A DNA stretch of 64,000 nt from an uncultured Ardenticatenia bacterium (GTDB lineage: Bacteria > Chloroflexota > Anaerolineae > 4572-78 > NAK82): NCBI GenBank assembly GCA_937127125.1, contig CAKZLO010000010.1, positions 50,097 through 114,096 of the forward strand. Direction: 5' to 3'. The translations under genes and the position numbers were made by a program. This document shows positions 48,105 to 58,590 of the stretch, piece after piece. Every line of letters starts with the position of its first letter. The first letter of the stretch is position 1. The notes under the pieces are model-generated. The model was not told where the DNA came from. It did not search any database and saw nothing but the letters and a program-made list of their open reading frames with translations.

Positions 48105-49391
48105 TCATTCTCGCTCAGTCCGCGGCGTTACCATCGAGGACAAATGCTGACGCACTAATGTGATGCGTTCATCGTCCCCAGATCTAGTCGCCCACAGCAA
48201 GCGCGAACGAGCGCCTAACCTTTTCTTAGCACTTGCAATGCGTTCGCGTTCCTCTGGTGTCACCAGCTCAGGAAATCGTTCCAACGCTAGTTCGCCCAGG
48301 CGCACAATGTCCTCATCGTTTGTGATTGGATAGTACAGCGTAGCGCGAAAGCGCTCAAGTAGTACCAGCTGCTGTTCCGCTTTTATGAGCGCTTCTCGAT
48401 CTATCCCAGCAGGTACACTAACGCGTGCCTGTCGAAGCGCTCGATAGGCATCTACAATGCGCACGATATCACCACTTTTCCAGGCTTTGATCAACAGGGC
48501 TTGATAGCGAGCATCCTCGATCCGCTGTCTCTGCTGTGCGGTCAATAGTGAGGATTGGTCCAGCAGCTCTGCATCGTAGGCATCCAGGATGTGCTGCGGG
48601 TCGTCTGTCTGTAGTGCCTGTTGCAAGCGCTCATATGCTTGTACACGTTGCAGGGCCAGCTCGCAACGGGCACGTTGCTCAGGGCTCATTAGCGTGAACT
48701 GCTCGAATAAAGCGGGATCATACAGTGAGGCAATGCGACGATCATCCTCTCTGTCTAACGCTAGTTGGAGCAACTGCCAGCGATGCAGTCGGTCCTGTGC
48801 CTGACGCACACGTTTCTTCTCCTGAACAGATACCTGACGACAATTGTCCAACAGCTCGGCATTGTACGCTTGCACGATTGCAATGTCATCATCATCTTGG
48901 ATAGCCTGTCGCAGCTGATGTAGTGCTGCAATAGTCTGGCGTGCGCGCTCCACAGCAAGATATTGTTCATGGGAGAGCTGGCATCCGCCCTCAGCAGCGC
49001 TACGGCCGGCACGTTCGATCCATACGATATCGCCAACGCGCATTGCCATTTCTAAGTCACGCAACAAAAGAGCACGCCTGGCCTGCACTACGCGCTGCCG
49101 TTCTTCCCGGGTGAAGTTCCGACACCCCTCCAGTACATCGGCATGCTTTAGATAGGCGCGCATAATGCCATCGGGTGACTGGCGTGCGATTGCGTCCCTG
49201 AGCTCGGTCAATGCTTGCACACGTTCGAACGCCAAGGTAATCCGCTTTCTTTCTTCCTCTGAGAAAGCATGTAGAAGCCGTTCGTTGCCGCGGCAAAGGT
49301 TTACGATCTGCTCGTCATCCCCTGAGAAGATAGCTGCGCGAATACGTTGTTCAGGTGCAAGCTCTGAGGGTGTCTCTTGTTCTCTGTCCAT
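48105..49391 (-). CDS. Soluble protein built from ~8.5 tandem ~48-residue helical repeats (unknown family)
   Basis: Repeating pattern L..A(I/L)..(G/D)DD..I...Y....L......(S/T).E(E/Q)(R/K).R...A..R, with anchors at D25, D74, D121, D168, D217, D264, D308, D360 and D406. No TM segment. Confidence 0.65.
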   Translation of the reverse strand: MDREQETPSELAPEQRIRAAIFSGDDEQIVNLCRGNERLLHAFSEEERKRITLAFERVQALTELRDAIARQSPDGIMRAYLKHADVLEGCRNFTREERQRVVQARRALLLRDLEMAMRVGDIVWIERAGRSAAEGGCQLSHEQYLAVERARQTIAALHQLRQAIQDDDDIAIVQAYNAELLDNCRQVSVQEKKRVRQAQDRLHRWQLLQLALDREDDRRIASLYDPALFEQFTLMSPEQRARCELALQRVQAYERLQQALQTDDPQHILDAYDAELLDQSSLLTAQQRQRIEDARYQALLIKAWKSGDIVRIVDAYRALRQARVSVPAGIDREALIKAEQQLVLLERFRATLYYPITNDEDIVRLGELALERFPELVTPEERERIASAKKRLGARSRLLWATRSGDDERITLVRQHLSSMVTPRTERE

Positions 49392-49883
49392 TATGACGGT
49401 TGCCTACCCGATGTACGCGAGACCATTGAACTTGGCTTGCCTCTTCAGCAAAACAAACAGGTCATAGCTCGACAGCCCTACAAGACCAGTGACTGAATGG
49501 AAAAAGCAGAGGGGAGCTGACAAGGTCACAGACCATCCCGAATCCCACGTGACCTAGGCATTGTAGACAATATGCCCAAGGCGGAACGTCAGACACTTTA
49601 GCCCCAATTCTACATATCGCTATTATAGCACTCACACGCTAGGCGTCAAGCGAAGTTGTGAAGCAATGTAATAAGGTCTATCCGCTTGCAGAGCAAGTGG
49701 AATGGAAGCAAAATGCCATTGTGTTGAATCAGGTTCTTGTACTTGTCTGGTAGGTGGGAAGAGATTGCAGTCAACCCTGCTGTGGTACTAGGTCAAGTCC
49801 TGACATAGCTGCCAGTTGTCCATGTTCCCCATCTGGTTGTTCGGGGAAGCATGGCTGTCTAAACTGCAGAGGGTATCTGGACG

Positions 49884-49911
49884 TTGAAAACAGATCTTTT
49901 TATTATAAAAT
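49884..49911 (+). promoter_or_regulatory. Putative promoter (TTGAAA-16 nt-TAAAAT) for the 49938 gene
   Basis: TTGAAA at 49884-49889, a 16-nt AT-rich spacer, and TAAAAT at 49906-49911. AAGGA RBS at 49921-49925. Confidence 0.35.
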
Positions 49912-49937
49912 GAAACTTTTAAGGATGAGATTCTATT

Positions 49938-50795
49938 ATGCGGTGGGAATTGGTTCTTTGGGCAATCCTTGGTCTGGTTCTAATTGTAACACTAGGGATT
50001 GTATACGGTAGATTGCGGTGGGAAGCGTTCACGAATGAGCTGCACGCACAGCTCGAGGCGGGCCGCATACCGAACTCACCTGAGACATTTGACAGGCGCG
50101 AGCTTGAAGGCCTGCCTGTGCCGGTTCAGCGTTATTTTGACACAGTGCTCCGGGAAGGACAACCCATTGTGAGTGCCGTCCAAGTGGAACACGTGGGGAC
50201 TTTCAATATGAGCGAAAGTGGCGAGCAGTGGAAGTCTTTTGGGTCGCGGCAGCGGGTCGTCACGCAGCGGCCGGGCTTTGTTTGGGATGCTCGAGTTAGG
50301 ATGATGCCCGGAGTTGTGGTCCACGTCCACGACGCGTATGTGGGAGGCAAGGGTGTCTTGCATGCCGCTTTGCTGGGGCTGGCAACCGTGATGGAGCTGC
50401 CAAGCACGCATGAGCTGGCGCGGAGCGAGCTCATGCGTTTCTTTGCTGAGTCGGCTTGGTACCCCACGGCACTCCTGCCCAGTCAAGGGGTGCGATGGGA
50501 GGCGATCGACGATGTGTCAGCCAAAGCAACTATGACAGATGGCGACATAACACTAACCATGTCGTTTCGGTTTGATGAGGCTGGATTGATCGAGTCAGTG
50601 CGTGCTGAAGCACGAGAGCGTATTGTTGGGAGCGCGGTGATTCCTACACCATGGGAGGGACGTTGGCGAGACTATGAATGGAGGAGTGGGATGCTCGTCC
50701 CACTCGAAGGCGAGGTAGCTTGGCTGCTGCCTGAGGGAGCTCACCCGTATTGGCGTGGGCGCATTACAGCTCTCGCGTATGAATTCGTGCACTAG
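49938..50795 (+). CDS. Conserved-looking hypothetical protein with N-terminal TM anchor (possibly DUF6544-like)
   Basis: N-terminal TM WELVLWAILGLVLIVTLGIVY, then LEGLPVPVQRYFDTVL. I vaguely associate this motif with DUF6544, so the family call is weak. Clean ORF with RBS. Confidence 0.6.
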   Translation: MRWELVLWAILGLVLIVTLGIVYGRLRWEAFTNELHAQLEAGRIPNSPETFDRRELEGLPVPVQRYFDTVLREGQPIVSAVQVEHVGTFNMSESGEQWKSFGSRQRVVTQRPGFVWDARVRMMPGVVVHVHDAYVGGKGVLHAALLGLATVMELPSTHELARSELMRFFAESAWYPTALLPSQGVRWEAIDDVSAKATMTDGDITLTMSFRFDEAGLIESVRAEARERIVGSAVIPTPWEGRWRDYEWRSGMLVPLEGEVAWLLPEGAHPYWRGRITALAYEFVH

Positions 50796-50975
50796 CAACA
50801 ATAGCAAAGGGCCAGGAGCGTGGGAAATTGTCATAAGTATAGCGTTGTGGTCGTTTTTCGTGGCAGTGGGCGGCTGTATGTGGATCCGCTGAAGAAACGT
50901 TTGTCACTTTCTTGCAAAGGGGGGGTCATAACGAAGTAGTAACCGTGACATTTCGAGACTCTCGGCATGGGAAAC

Positions 50976-51004
50976 TTGACAAATATGTTTCTTCAGTGTA
51001 TAAG
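50976..51004 (+). promoter_or_regulatory. Putative sigma70-type promoter for rpoB (TTGACA-17 nt-TATAAG)
   Basis: Consensus TTGACA at 50976-50981, an exact 17-nt spacer, and TATAAG at 50999-51004. Implies a leader of about 310 nt. Confidence 0.5.
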
Positions 51005-51322
51005 AAGCTTTTGCAAATGCGGAAGAGCCCATAAAATAACTAAGTAGCGATTGAGTTGTTCTTTTCTGACCACAAGTTTAGAATCGCTTGGTGAAGCAAA
51101 GTCGTCAAGCGCAGCCCCAAGGAAGAGGAGACTAGGCCATTTCAGTCCCTTCTCGTCTTTCGTTTTGGACCTTTCTGTAATGGCAGTGGAGTTTACAGCT
51201 TGTAGTCGTTGGGCTAGTGAGTGAATGTCACTGCGCGTTTATTTATCTCTGTTTTTCAGTTCTTGTTCAGGTAATGTGTGAGTGGGGATCAGTACCACTT
51301 AGGTGAGGAGTGGAAAAAGCTT

Positions 51323-54300
51323 ATGGCGCATGTAAGAGCATCCAAGAGCTATGCCCGTATTCCGGATGTGGTGGAGCTGCCGCGTCTGATCGAGGTGCAA
51401 ATTGAGTCGTTCCGCTGGTTCCGCGAGGAAGGGCTTAAGGAGCTGTTCCAGGAGATCTCACCCATTGTTAGTTTCAATAAGAACCTGGAGCTGCACTTTC
51501 TAGATTATCGCTTCGACGAGCCGAAATACTCAGAAAAGGAATGCCGCGAGCGAGATATGACGTTTGCCAGCCCGCTGTGGGTGAAGGTCAGGCTGGTAAA
51601 CAAAGAAACTGGGCAAATCATAGATCAAGACGTATTCATGGGGGACTTCCCCTTGATGACAGATAATGGCACCTTTGTGATCAACGGGGCCGAGAGGGTA
51701 GTGGTCTCCCAGCTCATCCGCTCACCCGGAGCATACTTTACAGTCGAAGAGGATCGGGTAACTGGACGTGGTCTGTGTTTCGCCAAACTTATCCCTAATC
51801 GGGGTGCTTGGCTGGAGTTTGAAACGTCCAAACGAAATGTGATCTCGGTCAAAGTGGATCGCAAGCGCAAGCTACCGGTGACCGTTTTGTTGCGCGCGGT
51901 GGGTTATGGCACTGACGAAGAACTGTATCGATTGTTTGAGACGGAGGATGTTCACTCTGACTACCACTATATCGAGGCTACCATTGAGCGTGATCCAACT
52001 AAGTCGGTGGAAGAGGCACTGCTGGAGTTCTACAAGAAGTTGCGTCCAGGTGACCCTCCCACTCTTGAAAATGCAAAGATGTTCCTCAATTCGTTGTTCT
52101 TCTCGCCTAGACGTTACGACTTGGGAAAGGTGGGACGGTACAAGCTCAATCGACGGCTCGATCCCTATAAGATTGAAGAAGCAGGGGGAGTGTTGGGTGA
52201 TCTGTTAGATCTGTTCGAGGTGTCCGAAACGGATATGGACCGGGCCGAAGCAATAGCGCTTGTACAAAGTGTGCAAAACCTGCCGGTGGACGAAGCTTTG
52301 GTCAAGATCTACCGGCGACTGTGCCGTCAGGAATCGGCCACGCTGGAAGAGGTGGAATCTTATTTGGCTAAGCGTCCTCTCGGCAAGGTGACTTGGTACC
52401 ATCTCTCCCGACGTCTCGGTCTTCACGAATCGCTTAATCAGCGTACGCTCACTCCCAACGACTTGGTGAAGGTCGTGGCCCATATGATCTTGGTGAACAA
52501 TGGTAGTGAGCGACCGGATGACATTGATCACCTGGGAAATCGGCGCGTAAAGACAGTAGGGGAGCTGATCCAAAATCAGCTGCGCATTGGTTTGTTGCGA
52601 ATGGAGCGGGTCATTCGCGAGCGCATGTCAATTCGCGATCCTGAGCAGGTCACACCGACCGCGTTAATCAATATCCGTCCGGTAGTGGCTGCCACACGCG
52701 AGTTCTTCGGCGGTAGTCAGCTTTCGCAATTCATGGATCAAACGAATCCACTCGCCGAGCTCACGCATAAGCGGACGCTGAGTGCATTGGGGCCGGGCGG
52801 TCTGCGGCGTGAACGGGCTGGTTTTGATGTGCGCGACGTTCATCATAGCCATTATGGTCGTATCTGCCCCATCGAGACCCCTGAAGGTCCCAATATCGGT
52901 CTCATCGGACGCCTTGCTACATTTGGGCGCGTCAATGAGTATGGCTTCATTGAGACGCCCTACCGCAAGGTGATTAGTGAGCTCTCACCTCAGGATGTGG
53001 ACAATCTGGTTGGTAAGGTGCTCCGTGAGTCAGTGGTAGATCCACGCACGGAAGAAGTAATCGCTGAAAAGGGCACTCAGGTTGATGAGGAGCTGGTAAT
53101 CCGGATTAGCCAGATTCCGCTAGAGGGAACGGTCAAGATCAGGCCTGTGGTGACCAATGAAATTGTATACATGTCGGCCGATGAAGAGGACCGATACACG
53201 ATCGCGCAAGCCAATGCCAAGCTGGATGAGAAGGGACAGTTTGTGGAACCACGCGTCAGCGTGCGGCGGCATCAAAGCTTCTTCCTGGAAAACGCCGAGC
53301 GTGTGGGTTACATGGATGTGTCGCCCAAGCAGATTGTAGGTATCAGTGCTGCCCTAATACCCTTCCTGGAGCACGATGATGCAAACCGTGCGTTGATGGG
53401 CTCGAATATGCAGCGTCAGGCTGTGCCGCTGGTACAGCCCGAAGCGCCAATGGTGAGCACTGGTATGGAGTTTCAAGCGGCTGTGGACTCCGGACAGGTG
53501 GTACTGGCGCGGGAGAATGGAAAGGTTATCAGTGTGACCGGCGATCGCATCGTGGTGCGGCGAGATGATGGCACGCTGGATGTCTATACGTTGCGCAAAT
53601 TCAATCGCTCCAATCAATCCACCTGTATTGATCAGCGGCCGATTGTACATAAAGGGGATTATGTACGTAAGGGTGATGTATTGGCCGACTCTAGCTCCAC
53701 AGAGTATGGAGAGCTGGCGCTGGGCCAGAATGTCTTATGCGCTTTCCTCAGCTGGGAAGGGGGCAATTATGAAGATGCCATCCTGATCAGCCAGGACTTG
53801 GTGCGCCGTGACAAGTTCTCTTCGATCCATATTGAGAAGCATGAAGTCGAGGCACGTGATACCAAGCTGGGACCAGAGGAGATCACGCGTGACATACCCA
53901 ACGTGGGTGAAGAGGCCCTTAAGGACCTGGATGAGGGAGGTATCGTGCGCATTGGCGCTGAAGTGCGCCCAGGGGACATCCTGGTAGGTAAGATAACCCC
54001 GAAGGGTGAGACTGAGCTCACTCCAGAGGAGAAGCTGCTACGCGCTATCTTCGGCGAAAAGGCACGTGAGGTGAAGGATTCCAGCTTGCGCCTTCCGCAT
54101 GGCGAGAAGGGCATCGTAGTGGATGTACGTGAGTTTAGCCGCGAGGAACATCGTGACCTGCCTGCCGGTGTGGATAAGATGGTGCGCGTAATGGTCGCCC
54201 AGCGACGTAAGATCACTGAAGGTGACAAGATGGCTGGCCGTCACGGTAATAAAGGAGTGATCTCTAAAGTAGTGCCTGTCGAAGACATGCCTTTTATGGC

Positions 54301-55468
54301 AGATGGTACTCCAATCGAGATTATTCTTAATCCGCTGGGTGTGCCGGCACGTATGAACATTGGCCAGATTCTGGAGACCCATCTGGGTTGGGCTGCCTCG
54401 CGTCTGGGGTTTCAAGCGATTTCCTCCGTGTTCGACGGTGCGCGCGAGGATGAGATTGCTGCTGAGCTGGCCCGGGCATGGTTGATCGATCACGCGTGGC
54501 GTATCGTAGCCGAGCGCGCTTGGACCTGGTTCCTGGAGCAGAATGAGATCTTAGCTGAAGATGTAGAAGACGAAAACGAAGTGATAGCCCTGTATCTGGT
54601 GCGCTGGCTGGGTGAACAGGGATATGATCCAGAGCGACTCGCGACCGATCAGGTCTATGCTCGGCGCGCAGTGCTGCGCGAGTGGCTGCGCGAGCGTGGC
54701 TACGACCCCGACTTCTTGCTGGCTTTCGAGGGCGCGCGCCGTGCTGAGGCATTGGGAGTACAGGCACGTGAAGCAGTGCGCATTGCTTGCCTGCGAGAGT
54801 GGCTGCATTTCGTGCGCGGGGAGCGCGAGCGCAACCCCGATCCGCGTTACGCTCGGTTGCCGCAGGAACTATTGGATGCCGACCTCGAGAAGATGAGTGC
54901 AGAGGAAGTAGATCTGTTGGCTGTTGCCTGTATGCGAGCAGCAGACATACCGATGCCTACCACTGGCAAGATGATCCTCTATGACGGCAAGACAGGAGAG
55001 CCGTTCGATCAGCCGGTCACAGTAGGGGTCATCACTATGCTGAAGCTGGCGCACCTGGTCGAGGACAAGGTGCACGCGCGTTCCACTGGTCCGTACTCAC
55101 TGGTGACGCAGCAACCGCTGGGTGGCAAGGCCCAATTTGGTGGTCAACGTTTCGGTGAGATGGAAGTCTGGGCGCTCGAGGCTTATGGCGCAGCGTACAC
55201 CTTGCAAGAGATGCTTACCGTTAAAAGCGACGACGTGACGGGACGCGTGAACACCTACGAAGCGATCGTGAAGGGCGAACCAATTGAGGAACCAGGCATT
55301 CCCGAGGGGTTCCGCGTCTTGGTCAAGGAGCTGCAATCGCTTGGTCTGGCAGTGGAAGTCATCACGGACAATGAGGAGCGGATCCAGTTTGGCAAGGAAG
55401 ATCAGAAAGAGAAGCCTCCCAAGCTGGGCCTGGGATTGGGCCTCGATATGATGGCACCTCCGCGATAG
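51323..55468 (+). CDS. rpoB: DNA-directed RNA polymerase subunit beta
   Basis: Full set of beta conserved regions ([119 protein letters not shown]). ATG 51323 lies 12 nt after GGTGAGGAG. The ORF is also open from GTG 51278. Confidence 0.95.
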   Translation: MAHVRASKSYARIPDVVELPRLIEVQIESFRWFREEGLKELFQEISPIVSFNKNLELHFLDYRFDEPKYSEKECRERDMTFASPLWVKVRLVNKETGQIIDQDVFMGDFPLMTDNGTFVINGAERVVVSQLIRSPGAYFTVEEDRVTGRGLCFAKLIPNRGAWLEFETSKRNVISVKVDRKRKLPVTVLLRAVGYGTDEELYRLFETEDVHSDYHYIEATIERDPTKSVEEALLEFYKKLRPGDPPTLENAKMFLNSLFFSPRRYDLGKVGRYKLNRRLDPYKIEEAGGVLGDLLDLFEVSETDMDRAEAIALVQSVQNLPVDEALVKIYRRLCRQESATLEEVESYLAKRPLGKVTWYHLSRRLGLHESLNQRTLTPNDLVKVVAHMILVNNGSERPDDIDHLGNRRVKTVGELIQNQLRIGLLRMERVIRERMSIRDPEQVTPTALINIRPVVAATREFFGGSQLSQFMDQTNPLAELTHKRTLSALGPGGLRRERAGFDVRDVHHSHYGRICPIETPEGPNIGLIGRLATFGRVNEYGFIETPYRKVISELSPQDVDNLVGKVLRESVVDPRTEEVIAEKGTQVDEELVIRISQIPLEGTVKIRPVVTNEIVYMSADEEDRYTIAQANAKLDEKGQFVEPRVSVRRHQSFFLENAERVGYMDVSPKQIVGISAALIPFLEHDDANRALMGSNMQRQAVPLVQPEAPMVSTGMEFQAAVDSGQVVLARENGKVISVTGDRIVVRRDDGTLDVYTLRKFNRSNQSTCIDQRPIVHKGDYVRKGDVLADSSSTEYGELALGQNVLCAFLSWEGGNYEDAILISQDLVRRDKFSSIHIEKHEVEARDTKLGPEEITRDIPNVGEEALKDLDEGGIVRIGAEVRPGDILVGKITPKGETELTPEEKLLRAIFGEKAREVKDSSLRLPHGEKGIVVDVREFSREEHRDLPAGVDKMVRVMVAQRRKITEGDKMAGRHGNKGVISKVVPVEDMPFMADGTPIEIILNPLGVPARMNIGQILETHLGWAASRLGFQAISSVFDGAREDEIAAELARAWLIDHAWRIVAERAWTWFLEQNEILAEDVEDENEVIALYLVRWLGEQGYDPERLATDQVYARRAVLREWLRERGYDPDFLLAFEGARRAEALGVQAREAVRIACLREWLHFVRGERERNPDPRYARLPQELLDADLEKMSAEEVDLLAVACMRAADIPMPTTGKMILYDGKTGEPFDQPVTVGVITMLKLAHLVEDKVHARSTGPYSLVTQQPLGGKAQFGGQRFGEMEVWALEAYGAAYTLQEMLTVKSDDVTGRVNTYEAIVKGEPIEEPGIPEGFRVLVKELQSLGLAVEVITDNEERIQFGKEDQKEKPPKLGLGLGLDMMAPPR

Positions 55469-55493
55469 TATGGACCGGGTCGGTGGAGAGTGA

Positions 55494-55529
55494 AACAGCC
55501 GACGTTCTCTCGCCAAGGCGTCGGCTGTT
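55494..55529 (+). terminator. Terminator-like stem-loop after rpoB
   Basis: 11-bp perfect stem AACAGCCGACG / CGTCGGCTGTT with a 14-nt loop, starting 26 nt after the TAG stop. Followed by CTCCCC rather than a U-tract. Confidence 0.35.
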
Positions 55530-55736
55530 CTCCCCAGGTGCCCGGGCGCGAGCTCAGAAATACCAATAGCCCTGATTCGTGCTGTGAGTGCCTTACCGTG
55601 TTCATCCTGCCCATACTCTATGAGCCTTGCATCTAGTTGCGGAACGAGGTAGTCTGGAAAGTATCTGGATTGATACCGTTACAATTTGTTTCCTGTGCAA
55701 ATGGGGATTGAGGGCTTTCTTAACACTTCAGCATAG

Positions 55737-55765
55737 TTGACGATAGCCTGAAATAGTGTTATAAT
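55737..55765 (+). promoter_or_regulatory. Putative sigma70-type promoter for rho (TTGACG-17 nt-TGtTATAAT)
   Basis: TTGACG at 55737-55742, a 17-nt spacer, an extended -10 TG at 55757-55758, and consensus TATAAT at 55760-55765. Implies a rho leader of about 305 nt. Confidence 0.55.
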
Positions 55766-56078
55766 AAAAATGGTTCTTGCCCCAGAAATCGGATCTCTGC
55801 ATATCGTCACTGAGTTTTCTTTAGACCCATCGTCCCAAAAACCCTGGTTCAGACGTTGCTATAGCACAGATGAATGGTGAACAAGTCTTGTTTCTGATGT
55901 GACTTGTAATGATCATCAAGAAGTGATCATCTCGTCGTAATGTGGGTCTCACCATAGCTCCCTAGACGCTCTAGTTAGTCTCAGTATGGCACTGTGACAC
56001 ATTGGATTGGTTGCCTCGGTGTACAGAAGCCTGGTGCGCCATTCCATATGTATGATCAGTATCCATTAGGAGAGAAAA

Positions 56079-57332
56079 GTGAACATATCAGAACTTGAGA
56101 CAAAAACCCTTGAAGAACTACGTGAAATTGCGCGAGCAAAGGAGATTTCTGGCTACAGCCGGCTGAAGAAGGATGAGCTCATTTTGCGCTTGTTGAAAGC
56201 CCATGCTGAGGAACAAGGGCTCATTTTCGGCGGCGGGGTGTTGGAAATTGTACAAGACGGGATTGGCTTCTTGCGTTCTGATCACTTGCTGCCCGGCGCA
56301 GATGACGTTTACGTATCTCAGTCACAGATACGTCGCTTCGGCTTGCGCACTGGTGACATGGTCATCGGCCACGTACGTCCACCCAAGGATAACGAGAAGT
56401 ATTACGGTCTGTTACGTGTTGAGGCCGTCAATGGGATGGATCCCGAGGTGGCCAAGAAGCGACCTGAGTTCGAAAAGCTGACCCCCATTTTCCCTGATCG
56501 ACAGCTGAAGCTGGAGACAGATCGCTCTAACCTGACCACGCGCTTGATAGATCTGCTGGCCCCCATCGGTCGCGGCCAGCGTGGTTTAATTGTCTCTCCG
56601 CCAAAGGCAGGCAAAACCACAGTGCTCAAACAAATCGCGAATGGCATCACTGCTAACTACCGAGACATCCATCTCATGGTAGTGTTGATCGGGGAGCGTC
56701 CTGAAGAGGTGACCGACATGGATAGATCGGTGACGGCGGAGGTGATTAGTTCGACCTTCGACGAACCTGTGACCAACCACACCCGTGTCGCTGAGATGGC
56801 CCTGGAACGTGCGAAGCGATTGGTAGAGTGTGGTCGCGATGTGGTCATCCTCTTGGACTCCATCACTCGTCTTACGCGTGCATACAACTTGGTGGTGCCT
56901 CCCAGCGGTCGCACCTTGTCAGGTGGGATTGATCCAGCGGCGCTTTATCCGCCTAAGCGATTCTTCGGGGCCGCGCGCAACATAGAAGAAGGGGGCAGCC
57001 TAACCATTATTGCCACGTGTCTGGTGGACACTGGTAGTCGTATGGATGAGGTGATCTACGAGGAATTCAAGGGCACTGGCAATATGGAGCTTCACCTCAA
57101 TCGCAAGCTGGCCGAACGTCGTGTGTTCCCTGCTTTTGACATCGAGCGGTCGGGCACCCGCCGTGAAGAGTTGATGCTGGATGAGAAGACGCTCAACCGC
57201 ATCTGGACGCTGCGCCATATGATCCAGGCAGTTGGCGGCAGCAACGAAGCGCTCGAGCTCGTCCTGGAGCGGCTGCGCAGAACGGCCACCAACGAAGAGT
57301 TCCTCAATACGCTGCACCAACAAGTTGATTAG
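56079..57332 (+). CDS. rho: Transcription termination factor Rho
   Basis: N-terminal LEELREIAR...[13 protein letters not shown] region [14 protein letters not shown], Walker A PPKAGKTT, and [12 protein letters not shown] start 6 nt after AGGAGA. Standard length of 417 aa. Confidence 0.95.
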   Translation: MNISELETKTLEELREIARAKEISGYSRLKKDELILRLLKAHAEEQGLIFGGGVLEIVQDGIGFLRSDHLLPGADDVYVSQSQIRRFGLRTGDMVIGHVRPPKDNEKYYGLLRVEAVNGMDPEVAKKRPEFEKLTPIFPDRQLKLETDRSNLTTRLIDLLAPIGRGQRGLIVSPPKAGKTTVLKQIANGITANYRDIHLMVVLIGERPEEVTDMDRSVTAEVISSTFDEPVTNHTRVAEMALERAKRLVECGRDVVILLDSITRLTRAYNLVVPPSGRTLSGGIDPAALYPPKRFFGAARNIEEGGSLTIIATCLVDTGSRMDEVIYEEFKGTGNMELHLNRKLAERRVFPAFDIERSGTRREELMLDEKTLNRIWTLRHMIQAVGGSNEALELVLERLRRTATNEEFLNTLHQQVD

Positions 57333-57403
57333 AAGTAACTCTAGTGGCTCCGCTGAGTACAAATTACGAGATATGGGTTGGACAAATTGCCCGCCAACGT
57401 TGT

Positions 57404-58438
57404 TCAAGGGTTAATGATGACTTTATTGTGTTCCAGTGTGTCCATAACTGCCAAAGCATCGTGGATACGTGTTAGTGGGAAGCGATGAGAAATGATCTTC
57501 TCAGGATCCACCAGTCCTCGTTGCATCAGACGTATTGCCTTGGACATAGCGAGTGGTGTGGTGCCAAAGCTAGCATCCATGCGCCCTTCAAGGAAGTGGG
57601 TATGTCCACCGTCTAGTTCGAACTTTTCATGTGTGGTGATACCGAATAAATTCCATCGCGTGCCACGCCGACGCAGATCAACCATCAAACGCACGGCCTC
57701 AATTGGGCCAGCTGCCTCGACAATCAAGTCTGGCCCTTTTGGCATAATCTCGTACACGCGTTTGCGGACATCTCCCTGTGTAGGGTTAATCGCGTGACTG
57801 GCTCCCAACTTGAGAGCGTTCTGGAGCGCGTAATCACTCACATCAATTGCCACTAAGCGTCCTGCACCGGCTGCCCGGGCCACCATAACGCACAACAAAC
57901 CGATACTGCCAACGCCTATTACTACCACGTCATCGCCGACTTCCATCTCGCTGTATTGGATGACCCCTTTCCACGCGCCCGATAACGGTTCAGTGAGAGC
58001 GGCAGCGTCGAAACTGATTTCGGGTGGCTTGTGAAATAGGGTGTGTTCCTCAACCTTCATATACTCGGCAAAAGCACCAGGCCGCACATCTTCGGGTCCA
58101 TCTCCACCAGTAGTATAGGCGTGTTCACAGTAATGTGTGCGGCCGATGCGGCAGTTTTCACAAAATCCACAATAGCCCCCGGGCATCACGATAACTTCAT
58201 CTCCTTCCTTGAAGTGTGTGACTCCATGGCCCACCTCAGCGACAATTCCACTTGGTTCGTGACCGAGAATAGCAGGGAACGAGACATTCCTGCGAATGCC
58301 TCGTATGGCCTTGTGGTCCGTAGCACAAATGCCACATGATTTGACGCGCACTACTACCTCGCTGGCACGCTCAGGGTGCGGCATAGGTACATCCTCAAGT
58401 TCAAGCCGGTTAAAATCGTACAATACAGCTGCGAGCAT
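57404..58438 (-). CDS. Zn-dependent alcohol/polyol dehydrogenase (MDR family, sorbitol/threonine DH-like)
   Basis: CGICATDHK, GHEPSGIVAEVG, CENCRIGRTHYC structural-Zn loop, and VIGVGSIGLL. ATG 58438 lies 6 nt after AAGGAG. Confidence 0.85.
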   Translation of the reverse strand: MLAAVLYDFNRLELEDVPMPHPERASEVVVRVKSCGICATDHKAIRGIRRNVSFPAILGHEPSGIVAEVGHGVTHFKEGDEVIVMPGGYCGFCENCRIGRTHYCEHAYTTGGDGPEDVRPGAFAEYMKVEEHTLFHKPPEISFDAAALTEPLSGAWKGVIQYSEMEVGDDVVVIGVGSIGLLCVMVARAAGAGRLVAIDVSDYALQNALKLGASHAINPTQGDVRKRVYEIMPKGPDLIVEAAGPIEAVRLMVDLRRRGTRWNLFGITTHEKFELDGGHTHFLEGRMDASFGTTPLAMSKAIRLMQRGLVDPEKIISHRFPLTRIHDALAVMDTLEHNKVIINP

Positions 58439-58590
58439 AAGGTTCTCCTTGACCAAGTGGGGATTCTCTTGCTATCTATGAATGACCCAAGCACCACAGT
58501 CACAAACTAATGACAGCAACATTACCATTTACCTTGTAACTATAACAAGATTTGTCCGTTGCCAAACCTGTCCTCACAATTTAGCAGGGA

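Noticed and set aside
49754-50011. 85-aa ORF with a Cys/Ser/Thr-rich N-terminus (CSQPCCGTRSSPDIAASCPCSPSGCSGKHGCLNC), considered as a RiPP/lanthipeptide-like precursor
   Set aside because: A GTG start immediately follows an in-frame stop, with no RBS. The Cys-rich part is N-terminal rather than a C-terminal core. The ORF runs through the promoter/RBS and start of the 49938 gene in another frame. No modification enzyme is nearby. It would be worth revisiting only if ribosome profiling shows translation.
54038-54896. ORFs 54038..54493(-), 54327..54767(-), 54551..54808(-) and 54612..54896(+) inside rpoB
   Set aside because: All overlap the uninterrupted rpoB frame. They cluster where the rpoB extra segment is locally GC-rich. 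Their translations are Arg/Pro/Ala-rich nonsense.
55402-55614. 70-aa minus-strand ORF across the rpoB 3' end and terminator hairpin, and the 58482..58688(+) ORF in the ADH spacer
   Set aside because: Neither has an RBS. Each overlaps a well-supported gene end or structured spacer and shows no recognisable features.
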